The translations under genes and the position numbers were made by a program. DNA of 64,000 bases from Paramoeba atlantica (taxonomy: Eukaryota > Protista > Discosea). Shown in pieces: positions 19,942 through 30,600 of this stretch (positions are counted from its first letter, which is position 1; the number at the start of each line of letters is the position of its first letter). The DNA lies in NCBI GenBank assembly GCA_977017575.1, contig CDRNVI010000078.1:1-64000 (forward strand), written 5' to 3'. Below the pieces are notes generated by a model, which searched no databases, was not told the DNA's origin, and worked only from the letters and a program-made list of their open reading frames with translations.

Positions 19942-21906
19942 ATGACGCAACGTTCAAAGAACTCGGAAAGCGCACCTTCAACCCCCACCCCTGAAAACAC
20001 AAGAAAGCGACCGTCAGCACGGGAGCTTCGCGAGAGAGTAGCCGCAATTACGTCACAGTTAGAGGAGACACCTTCCCAAGTAGCGTTAAGTGCGTCCCTC
20101 TCTCCCCTTGAAGAGGAGAATGCTCTCCAGAGAAAGAGAAAAAGCAACTGCGGGAACGATCCACTCGCTTGTGGAAGCCTCCGTCGACAGCAGCAATTAA
20201 CGTACGAGCGATGCGATCTCGGCGTTGAGTCCTCTGCAAAATTGTGCCTCGAGTGGGCTCGGAAAAACGTCTCAGGCATCCGGAATGATGCTATGGGCCA
20301 CTCACAGCATGTTCGATGTAAAGTATATGGGTGGGTGACCCATAGCAAGGGGGAGAATTTTTGTTATAAACATTTGAAAGAGTGCTGCTCGAAGGCGCAG
20401 CAGGGGATGGAAGACTCCAGTGAAGTTGCAAATCCCAAGTCGCTAGAGGAGTACATCTCCGAAGCTCTCCCATGTTTCGCAGCTCAGAGCAATCTTTCTA
20501 CCGAAGGATTCCTCGAGTGCGTAAAGAACTTATTTCAAGAATTTCCCCCCGACATACATCCTTCAGAAGCTGCATCGATCCTTCCTTCTCCTCGCGAATT
20601 TCATTCACTTGTTTCCATTCACTTGTTTCATAATATGGCCAAAGATGCAATGCAGCACTACGCAAATCTGCCAATTATGAAAGTAAGAACATACTTCTCC
20701 AGGATTTTCTATGCAGGGGACCGTGTGGGGGCAAAGAAGGGGAAGTATTTCGGAAAAGCTCTTGAAGATAAATTAAGCGCCTTTGACGAAGAGACTCAAA
20801 AAGCTGAATCGTACTTTAAATCTTTTTATCGTTCTGTGAACAGCGAAAAACTTGACAAGAGGGGTCGCAGGGACACCATAGCTCATCTCAAGGAAGCATT
20901 GCAAACTCTCTCGAAAGTATCTTTAAAGGCACGCGATGTGTTTGCCGAACTGAATCAAACTCTGGAAATAGAAGACCAATGTGAGATTCTAATTGCGAAA
21001 GGTGCTAGTGTGGTGAAATCCATTGCACATTCTCATGAAATTCGAGCCGTCACTTCTCCCAAATTTGGCGGGGTCACGCGATGGCTCGCGGATAAATTCG
21101 AAAGCATGAGGTTTTTGGCTGATCAGTTGCCTACTGTCGCATCCTTCATAAAAAGTGAACTGGAAACTCTGCGAGCCCCTCAATCTGTCCACCATTTGGC
21201 TGATTTGTTCGAAAACAACTCTTTGAACGACTTGATGCAGTCTACGAAGGATTTCCTGAAAGACTGTATGCCTTTACGCATCGCACAAGAAAAATTCTCT
21301 GACATGCAGGATCGTCCTATGGCAACTCTTGTTCATCCAACTTTGCGACAGCTTGTCGAGTCCGCTGAGAATGCATCCAGGCATTTCTTAGAGTCGATAC
21401 ATCGGCACGTCAATAGAGTATGCTCAAACCACGAGATGAAGGTATGGGCAGCTGTGATGTGGTTTTCGCCTGAGTGGATCGTCTTATCAGCTCGACCTCG
21501 CAAGAAGGAATCCCTTTCAGTGGAACGGGTAAATGATTTGTTGGGAACTGGCGACCCGATTTTCGACATTACTATTGAGGAATGGAGTACGTACATAAAC
21601 TGCGACGATTACCAGTGGACACCCGGCATGAGCGATCTTGAGTGGTGGCAAACACTTGGGTTGAAACATTTTCCGACAATTTTTGAAGCTGCATTGCATT
21701 ACCTATGGCTTCCTCCTCTAGTGACGGCATGTGACTCTATCCTTTCGGTACTTTCCTGGAAATATTGTGCCCGTCAAGCTCGCATTGGAACAGATGTTGT
21801 AGCGACACAAATGTTTCTTCGCGGAAACGAGAACTCGCTACCATATCGTGCAAGTCGTGCAAAAAAGGCGGCAAAGCGTGGATCTGACACGGAACACTCC
21901 ATATAA
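19942..21906 (+). CDS. hAT-like transposase with an in-frame internal deletion (654 aa)
   Basis: Collinear with the transposases of #1 and #3 (GGVTRW, PPLVTACDSILS, RQARI..MFLRGN) but lacks the segment carrying the first two aspartates and the CxxH cysteine. Confidence 0.85.
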   Translation: MTQRSKNSESAPSTPTPENTRKRPSARELRERVAAITSQLEETPSQVALSASLSPLEEENALQRKRKSNCGNDPLACGSLRRQQQLTYERCDLGVESSAKLCLEWARKNVSGIRNDAMGHSQHVRCKVYGWVTHSKGENFCYKHLKECCSKAQQGMEDSSEVANPKSLEEYISEALPCFAAQSNLSTEGFLECVKNLFQEFPPDIHPSEAASILPSPREFHSLVSIHLFHNMAKDAMQHYANLPIMKVRTYFSRIFYAGDRVGAKKGKYFGKALEDKLSAFDEETQKAESYFKSFYRSVNSEKLDKRGRRDTIAHLKEALQTLSKVSLKARDVFAELNQTLEIEDQCEILIAKGASVVKSIAHSHEIRAVTSPKFGGVTRWLADKFESMRFLADQLPTVASFIKSELETLRAPQSVHHLADLFENNSLNDLMQSTKDFLKDCMPLRIAQEKFSDMQDRPMATLVHPTLRQLVESAENASRHFLESIHRHVNRVCSNHEMKVWAAVMWFSPEWIVLSARPRKKESLSVERVNDLLGTGDPIFDITIEEWSTYINCDDYQWTPGMSDLEWWQTLGLKHFPTIFEAALHYLWLPPLVTACDSILSVLSWKYCARQARIGTDVVATQMFLRGNENSLPYRASRAKKAAKRGSDTEHSI

Positions 21907-22638
21907 AATAATATCGAACTACATGGCGCACAGAGTATCATACATATAGAGTATCGTAGCATACAGGGTATACATTGCGGTAAATATCAATTGAATTGCG
22001 GTAAATAGAATATATGGTAATATTGCGATAATATTCGTACGTCCAGAGCTCCGTTTTGTGGTATTTCTTCTCCGTATCTGAGATATTTTTCTCTGGTTTT
22101 TTTCTCAGTGTTCAACAAGCGAAATACTTTTTTCGTCCACAGCAACGGTTTATTGTACTATTATGCACTATGTATTGACGTCGGAACTGGGTTCTGTGGT
22201 TTAACTCAGTGTCGTGTAAGTCCTTGAAGTATTCCTTCAGGTATCTTTATCAATTCAGAATAACATATAAAGATATATTTATGCATTGATGAAAATAGCC
22301 ACGTTTAGTATTTTTTATTACACTACAATATATTAATTTTATTCGTATATTCGTGCTACACGCTCTTGATCTGTTTCTTTTCTTACATCATATACCAATG
22401 AAAAATATGTGAGGAAGCGTTTATGCGCGGAATGCGAGATCTGAACTCCTTTCACCCCTCAACTCACTTTTTCACGCACTCGACTCAACTTTCGCTCAGG
22501 ATAAGCATCCTTTCACCTCTCTGTGCGCATCTGCGCTGTGGTAAACCAAATCAATTCCTGATTTTTAAGGAAGTTTATTGGTTGATTTGTTAAGTAACTG
22601 TTGGAGAATGAAGCATTCAGAATATTCTCCTGCTTCCT

Positions 22639-25600
22639 TTGTCTACAAGTATTGAAGACACGGCACGAATGATGAACTGTTCTGAGAGCTCTGTCTATCG
22701 GTACAAGGCACGTTTTGATGAGTCAGGTGACGTGGCACGTGCGAGCTACTCGCGCGATAATGCCGTTGATACGGAGGAATTCCGTGCTATGCTTTGTACC
22801 CTTGTTGATGATGAGAAAGACACCCCATTCGGGTGTCCGGGGTTTAAATGGGTACACAAGAGAGTGGACAAGACACTTTATCCTTGTAGTCTGAACACCG
22901 TAAAACGGAGTTTGAAAAGGATGGGATACGTCATTAAGACTATGTCACACAAACCTTTCTTAACTGCTGAGCACAAGGCTGCCCGATTACAACTTGCTGA
23001 TTACTTCGATGGATGGAGTCCAGATCAGCTGTCCCGTGTGGTATGGTGTGACGAGAAGATTTTCCGATGTGGTTCACATGGGAAAAAAATCACATATCTT
23101 GCAAAAATCAATGACCCCCCCAAGGAAACACCAGTAGAAATGGATAGGTGGTACGGGGGGAAGGGAGTGCATGTATTCATGGCAACCAGTCTGCGTTGGG
23201 AAGTACCCGATGCGTGTTTCCACGAGTTTTCCCAGAATGAAACCGTAACAAACGAAGTTTTTCTGAGAACAATGAAGAAGCGAAATGGGTTTTTTAACTG
23301 GATGCATCGGCGGCCGGGGGCTGCTGTTGTCCTTGACAATGCGCCAGGGCACGGGGCAGCCCGGAGAATAGGTAAGCTGGAAGGAATTAAAATTATTGAC
23401 TGGCCTTCGAAATCTCCTGATCTCAATTTGATTGAGAATTTGTGGAGTACCGTCACCCCCCCCCCCCACTTGTCCCGACGAAAAGGCCAAAAAAGCGGAA
23501 AAGGAGGATAAGTCGCGTGGTAGGACAAGTCACGTAGCATCAAGAGGAATTGTATGGCACATTTTTGTATGCATCCGTGTACATGGAAAAACTCTTTTTC
23601 GAACTTATTAGGTCGGCTTCAGTACCATCAGCGAGATGGCAGTGCCAGGGAAGACCACGAGGAGGTCCCGACCTTACTTCCCCATTTCCGTTTTGTGCCC
23701 AACTTTCAGAGGAAGTTGTTTTTTTTTACAGAAACGGTAACTTTATCGTTTGAACAGCTTTCCGAATATAACGTGAACGATATATATAACGTGAGACCAC
23801 GTACCAATAGAGTAAATACATTGTATATGAATACAAATGGTGTTTACAAGGGAAAAACAATATCAACTGAATTAAAGCATGTAAAAAAACCCAAGTAAAT
23901 AAAAAGTGCGCGAATATAAATTTTATGAAATATAGGAAAACGTATAACGCTAAAACAGAAAATGCACTTTAAATTTATTCTGCTTTATTATAATACAGCT
24001 ATCATTTTTAATAAAACAGTTTCTGATCTTTAATGAAGTATACAACGGTCATCATTTTCCTCCCCCTTGACTTCAATCGCGCACATATGATGGAAGGTTC
24101 GTTTACAACCATACTCGCTACATTCACGTCTGACGAGATTCACAAGTGTACAATAGCAACACTCTTGTACAACTGCCACGTCGCTTGATTTTGGAAATGG
24201 TGCATCAAAAAAACTATTATTCTCTACCCTTAACTGTGACAACTCACTCGAACAGAACATCGATATGCCTTTCCTTCAAGTACAGAAGCAGTTCCTTAGT
24301 GCGATGTGCCGCGTAAAGATCTAGGACAAACAAAGTCTTGTAAGGTGGGAACTTTGATCGGTCGCAAAACTCAAATTTGGCCCACTGTAAAAATGTTACA
24401 CCAGTCGTCCAACCAGATTTCGACGTAGTGCTGGTACATTTATATTTCACGCTGGCTCGCTTGGTTTCTTGTGCAATGGGTCCAACCTCTGATTGCGCGC
24501 TCCAAATCAGGTGAGGTGGGTTCATTAGGTGCGACCAGGTGTCATCATAATTTTTCGAAGAACGACATCACATCCAACAAGTTGTAATGTTACGCTCTTT
24601 TCCAGTTGTACATATCTTGACGCGCTTGGTTCCACGAAATTCATACGTTAGATTTGCCACAGGCTCCCAGGCAACAGGTGTTTCGTCTCCATGAACAATT
24701 ACTTTGTAACCGCCGCAGTCGGCATTCATGAGAGAAAGTATATCTTTCCAGTTTCGGACTTTTTCTTCTGCATCCACAGGAAGTAACTGGGTGCAACCGT
24801 TCACCCGGCGAACAGAAATGTTTGCCCACTTACAAAAGCGCAACCAGAATGCCTGTTGGCCTCGGTCAGTAAGGTTCCGGAAGTGATCAGAAACTTCGTT
24901 GAAGTATTTGACCATCATGCTCTTGGTCACTGAAACTAGCGACTCTCTCAACACCTGCACAGTTTCCAATCCACCCTGATACACCTCACGATTTCGGAGT
25001 GGAGGGTGATATTGGAATTTGTTTCCGTACCCGAGATGCACAAGTTGCTGCCATTCTTTTTTCTTTGAATAAATTTTGCGTACAGTGCTACAGTCAACCT
25101 TGTATTTTTGTGCCACTTTCGCTTGACTTTTTCCGTTGTCAAGCGCAGCACAAATATTGCGCTTTTGCTGGATTGTGATGTCAACGCGTATTTTTCGCTC
25201 AGATGCACTCTGTGATACGGAAACCTGTTGAGCATTTATTACACTTCCAGACGTGTCTCCCACATAGGGTATCACCGCTGTGTTTTCAGTTTTCGAAGTG
25301 ATGGGTACTAGTACTTGACTAGCGTTGAATGGTTCACAGTTTCGCTTCTTTCTAGACATCATGATTCAAATAGTTTTTAAAGAGATAATATCTGTAGACT
25401 GAGTGTCGTACTTTGTAGAGATAGTCGTAACTGGTTTCTATTAAATACAACTGTATCGGCAACTAAAAAATACGAAAAATATAATTTTTCAAAAATGACC
25501 AAGGGCAGGGGACTACCACGTGACATATCCGCCCTCAAATTCTCAAGAGCGGATATGTCACGTGGTAGGACAAGTGAGGGGGGGGGGACGGTATGATGGA

Positions 25601-26016
25601 TAAGTACATCGACACCCATCTTCGTCCGAAAAATCGAACGGAATTGCAAGCTGCTATTCCTAAGGCGAAGGACTACTTGTTGGCAGAGTGTCACGAGGCG
25701 TATGTGAACACGTTACAGAGTCTTCCCACACGCCTCGCTACTCTACGTGAGCGTGGAGGTGGGAATACTGGATATTAAGACTTAGTTTCTACCGCGAAAG
25801 GCCAAAAATTACTATTTTGCGCTCTTTTTTCAATTTGCAAAATCTCAAAAATTTCAGTTTTTCGACCCATGGGAAAGGCTTGCTTTCATCAGTTTTTGTA
25901 TTCTAAATAGCGTAGACACGATATTCAGAACGAGATCTCTCGTTTGCACAAAAATTAGCTCAAACGGCCTCACGAGGCTAAAATGCGAAGCTAGTCAGTT
26001 TTCGTGGCCCCCTCTG
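22639..26016 (+). mobile_element. Tc1-like element with its transposase split by a pogo insertion; left end missing
   Basis: Coding 22639-23449 plus 25592-25778 (WCDEK, LDNAPGH, WPSKSPDLNLIENLWS|MMDKY..GGNTGY). Right TIR GTCAGTTTTCGTGGCCCCCTCTG+TA matches the element at 6916. Confidence 0.9.
23450..25591 (-). mobile_element. pogo/Tigger-like DNA transposon (2142 bp) with a degraded transposase
   Basis: TIR CCGTC(A)CCCCCCCCC(T)CACTTGTCC, TA TSD. ORFs 24568-25362 (HTH, GDETP), 24244-24525 (LFVLDLYAAH) and 24030-24260 (Cys/His-rich). Confidence 0.92.
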
Positions 26017-26556
26017 TATACTAGCCGAATACTAGTGTTTTAGTATATACTAGTATACTGGTTAGACTATGCTTAGGGGGCCAAGCTAGCATGGTGACAC
26101 TATTTTCATCAAAATGGTGAGGGGTCAAAATCATGAGGGGTCCACTCCGACAGCTCGCGGCACAGCTCTATTCATTTCTGCTTGTGGGCAGCCGTAAGAG
26201 CTGGATGACGGGGGACAGCGCGCAAAATGATGCCTTCACGCTTTAAAGTGCGCGTGATAGAGCGCCGGGAACAATAAAACCCTTCGGACTGAAGGGTTGA
26301 CACGAGGTTCGACCATGAACGGAATTCCATAAGGCAAATCTCGCGTACCTTCACCAATGAGGGTTATAGCTCGGCTGATTATCCACGTCTCCTGTCTCCT
26401 CGTATCGCTGAATCCAACGCTTCGCAGTGTTCTCGTGACAACCTGCTTCGCGTGCGTCAGAGGTTTTACCAATTGGACGAACTTCTTCAACCCCTCAAAA
26501 GGCGTTAGTCGGATAGGAAAATGTTCTGAGCAGGGGTCAAAGTCACAGAGGACGTA

Positions 26557-27635
26557 CTGTGACCCGCCCCTTTAATACGGACAGATTTTTGGACATTGTC
26601 CGTATTAAAGGGGGGGGGTACTAAAGATAAGAAAATGACCCTGTTTTTAAGCTAAAAAATGCGACAAAAAAAGTTTCGCGCCGCTTTGCGGCGCCTGTTT
26701 TTTTTGATGAAATTGGTGAAGGGGGGTGATCTGTAGGGGAAATAAATTTTACGAGCACAACCCAGACTAAAGTGGACGAGGGAGATACTAAACCACAACC
26801 CGGTTTAACATTCCGGGGAGAATGTTAAGTAGCTACAGGAACGTTAACTTTTTTTTTGAGTTTGGTAATCGTATTCTTCAAAACAATGATGGCATAAAAG
26901 TTAACATACCTGTAGCAAGATATCTGTAACAAGATAACATACCGGGGGGTATGTTATCCTGTAACACCATTTACAGGATAATGAGACGTTTCCTTCAGGA
27001 AGTAAAAAGTTCGATTATTTTGAGTCGCCTTTTTCCGATATACCGTAGACCCACCAGTAATAGACCCCCCAGTAACAAGGATTTGGCTCGGGAGGGTGGC
27101 TCAAGGGGGGAGGGGGATTTGGGCGGGGTGAGGGGGGTTGCGCGGGAGCGAGTGTTCTTCTTTTACCCTAAATGGGTTGCCCGGGCTGCTCCGATTTTTC
27201 ATGCGCTGATGAGTGGTCCAATACTTTGCTTTATATGCAACGGAAGAGAGCATCATATTCCGGATAAAAATCATGCTCTTATGTATGAGGCCGTTACTTG
27301 TTCGAAAGGTCATGAGCCACTGGTACGTACTCTTAAGGAAGATCATTGGTTATGCTTCGATATAAAGTGCCGCGGTAAAACTTATTTTTGGGAACCTCTT
27401 CTGACGGCCGCACATGGGCGCACCGCAAACCAGGTTTTTAAAGTCTTATACGGTATCACTTCTGTAGCCGGCTACTGATCTCAACGAAGAGTGGACTTGG
27501 GGCAAAAGCGATCACTCGGCTGACAAACATCCCTTTGAGTCGTGCTCTCGAACAATGAAAATCGAAAAAATAGAAATCGAAAATTTTCCTTCCAAAAAAC
27601 TTCAAAAAATTCCGTATTAAAGGGGGGGGTCACAG
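26557..27635. mobile_element. Family B element, copy 2 (1079 bp)
   Basis: TIR CTGTGACCCGCCCCTTTAATACGG / CCGTATTAAAGGGGGGGGTCACAG, TA TSD; contains a family C fragment. Confidence 0.9.
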
Positions 27636-30600
27636 TACTTTAATTCAAAGAACGCTCAGCTAAAGCAAAAGAATCAGACGACAAAGGATACACGCAGCAG
27701 AGATTTGCACTCAAGTCCAAAAGAGCGAAAGAGGAGAAACAAAAATGTATAGGGGCTTTCTATTTAATAGTAAATGTTTGTTTAGCTTCTCCTACCTTCA
27801 TATGAACATTGTTTTTGATTTTTAACAATTGAATGAGTTTCTGTAAAAAAATGGTCGCTATTTCTTTCGCCGAATTTCTTGAACTCGCGTTTTCACCAAG
27901 TCTTTTCTTCCACGTAAATTCAACCAGGACCGGTGGGATCGGCCGGGATCGTAAATCCCTAGTTTCAGCCCTCTTATTATGTGCACAAGAACGAACGCTG
28001 TAAAGTGCTTCATAACCGAGAACAGCAGGATACCCAGTCGAATGTTGTCAAGTGCGTTGATTTCATAAATGAAGGCCTCTCATGCTTGGCCGCTAAGAGC
28101 AGCATGTCAACGGAAGCCTTCCTTTCGTTCGTACGATCATATGAAGAAATACGTCCAAACAGTCCACCAGCAGAAATACTGTCTCATTTGCCTTGCCCGA
28201 AGACTTTTCATGTGAAGGAAAAAATTGTTGCTAGTAAACTTTGGGAAACGATTCGTGCAACCGTGAAGCAGCACTCATTTTTTGGACTAGCTGTAGACGG
28301 GGGAATAGATAATGTCAAACATCAACACATAGTTGTAAGCGTAATATATCGGAGAAAGTTCGTTTGTGTTGCCACTTGTATATCATAAGCGAAAAAAGGC
28401 CTTTAGTGGAGCCGAAATGTCCGCACACCTTATGACTATGTTAAGAAGAGGTTTGGGAGACGATGTCTTAAAGCTGCGGTACTTGATGGTGGACGGATGC
28501 GCAGTTGATCATGTTGCACGTGCCGCCACAGAAGAAGCACTTAAACAATTTTATGAGCGGTACGAAGAAGTAGGTACTCTTGACAAAGAGCATTTGTGTA
28601 ACGGGGTGCGTTCTGTTGTTCCATGCGTTCGTGAGCTTTCTTGCTTCGGTCACCTAGTAAATTTAGTTGCTCGTGAAGCGCTTGCTCACTATCGTCAACG
28701 TCCTTTTATGCAACTCCGCGACTCTTTCGCGCGCCTGTTTTATTCGGGAGGAAAACCTAGCGCCAAGAAAGGAAAGTACTTGGGGAAAGCTCTCGAGGAC
28801 CTTGTATGCCCGTACGACACGACTACGAGCGAGTGCGTAGAATTTTTTTCGCAGTGGTGTTCCTTGCCTGAAGAAACTCCTCTCACTGAAGCTATTTTAC
28901 AGAACCATTTCAGTAAACTATTGAAAGCACTAGAAGGACTCCAAAGAGTATGTGGGCTAGATCTAAGTGATATCAAATGAGTACTTTCGTCAGACACCAG
29001 CTCAGAAAGTAAGCAGGAAGCATTGAAGCAACAAGGACCAAAAATTGTTGATGCGTTGCAGAAGGCTCGGCAAGTTTCCACTACCCGCTCCAAAGCTTGG
29101 AGGCGCTACGCGATGGTGCACAGATTATTTTGACAGTGTTCAGTACCTAGCTACTCAGATGCCAGCGATTATATCGTACGTGCAATCTGAAATTGAATCT
29201 GGACGGCCATCCAAATCTGTTGAACGGTGCGCAAGCATCGCGGTTGCGAACAGCATGGAAGATATGATGAAGGAGGCGAATATGTTCTTACAGGAATTGA
29301 AGCCTGTTCACGACATACTGAAGGAACTTTCTGACGTACGGGACAGTCCTATGGCGCTGATTCCCTACCGCGCTACTAAACTTTTACTCAGAGAGGCTGA
29401 TCGTGAAGGTTGCCCCGCAGAGTTAGGTGCGGCTCTTCGAAAACACCTAGACGGACTGCAGCAAAAGTCGTTCATGTTCTTCTGGGAGGGAGTGATGAGT
29501 TTTTCACCAATGTACGTACTCATGGTTCGAGAGCATAGGGAAGAGGCCGGCACGATCATTGGAGTTGACGGGGCTAACGATCTCTTCAAAAGTGGGACAC
29601 CAGTGTTTGGAATTATTGCCGAGGTTTGGTCTGAATACTCGTCCGGCAAAGGTTTTGACCGCGATCCAGCCGAGCATAAGACGGCCTGGAGTTGGTGGCA
29701 GTCAAGAGGGCGGGAATTGTTTCCCACTATTTATGAAGCTGCTCGTCACTACCTCTTTGTTGTCCCTGTTGTCACCGAATGCGACTCTCTGCTTTCCATC
29801 ATGGGATGGAAGTATGATGCACGGCAGGCTTTTCTAGAATCTGACGTTATTGCGACACAGATGTTCCTCCGCGGTAATTTGGAGAATATTGGATTTTCGT
29901 GAAGCTGGTTTGACAAGAAAGCGACGTTTATAGACTTTTGCTATACCTGTAGTACATTTTTTTAAGTTTACTTAGGGTTTTTTTTCCGTGAGTTCTTGGT
30001 TATGATCATACGCTCGTGGCGCAGAGATACGTCTCTCTGTGTGACGGCCGATACCATCGGCGCATGACCCGCATACGACGGGTGTCACACAGAGAGTGGA
30101 GTGCGAGGTAGGAGACGAGACGCCCATCGGTCATGCTACAGCACGTATAGCCATGGTTCATGCTGCAACACGGTCAAGCCGTGGGTTCATGCTGTCAGAT
30201 GGTCTATCGTGGATCATGATGCATCATGGGGAGGTCCGTTACCGCCGCACTCGCTACAGCATGTAGGGAGAGAGGGGTGCAAGTTCGCATCCCCTATACA
30301 CGCATACAACGTGTCCTCCCGCTGTAGCACGCCCAGTGGTCCTCAAGGGAGGCCACCATGGCGCATAGCTCCCGGGAGAAGAAAGCACGAGAAGGAGAGA
30401 GCCGGGGAGGGAAGAAAGCTCACTCGAAGAGAGCGAGCCGGGGAGGGGTGAAGAGTGCGAAGTGCGTCCCCTACTTCCGCGACAAAGAGGGACAGTTTCA
30501 GCTAGCCGTCAGCCGGAAACGGGCATTTAAAAGTAAGAATACGCCCGTTTCCGGGAAAAGAAAGGAAGGGCTAGCAAAATGTACCAACAAGGTACAGAAA

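Larger units (their letters stand above)
19713..26071 (+). mobile_element. hAT-like DNA transposon #2
   Basis: TIR CATAGTCTAAC(T/C)AGTAT; 6-bp TSD CTTAGG at 19707-12 and 26072-77; TAGTATATACTA subterminal palindromes. Confidence 0.9.
19630..26400 (-). pseudogene. Tc1 transposase remnant on the minus strand, split by hAT-like #2
   Basis: HTH-like ORF at 26172-26357. Removing 19713-26071 rejoins MLAWPPKSPDLNPIEIIW. Outer ends of the element not defined. Confidence 0.8.
19204..27973. mobile_element. TTA-flanked element, PIF/Harbinger-like non-autonomous (nest layer 5)
   Basis: 12-bp TIR GAGGGCTGAAAC / GTTTCAGCCCTC; TTA at 19201-03 and 27974-76; GGGATCGG repeats near both ends; excision restores the host reading frame. 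Confidence 0.82.
18710..29902 (+). pseudogene. hAT-like #3 transposase in pieces: 18710-19200 plus 27977-29902
   Basis: Removing the TTA element rejoins CLYCGAVFHSRCTQT|YYVHKNERC in frame. Downstream motifs GLAVDGG, LMVDGCAVDH, SCFGHLVNL, GGATRW and VPVVTECDSLLS. Frameshifts near 28380 and 29080 and a stop at 28978-80. Confidence 0.88.

Noticed and set aside
30033-30328. Hammerhead ribozyme, tRNA or Fanzor omegaRNA identity for the three-way junctions
   Set aside because: No CUGANGA/GAAA core, no tRNA T-loop or D-loop consensus, and no RuvC/TnpB-like ORF recognisable in the window. Kept only as an unknown structure.
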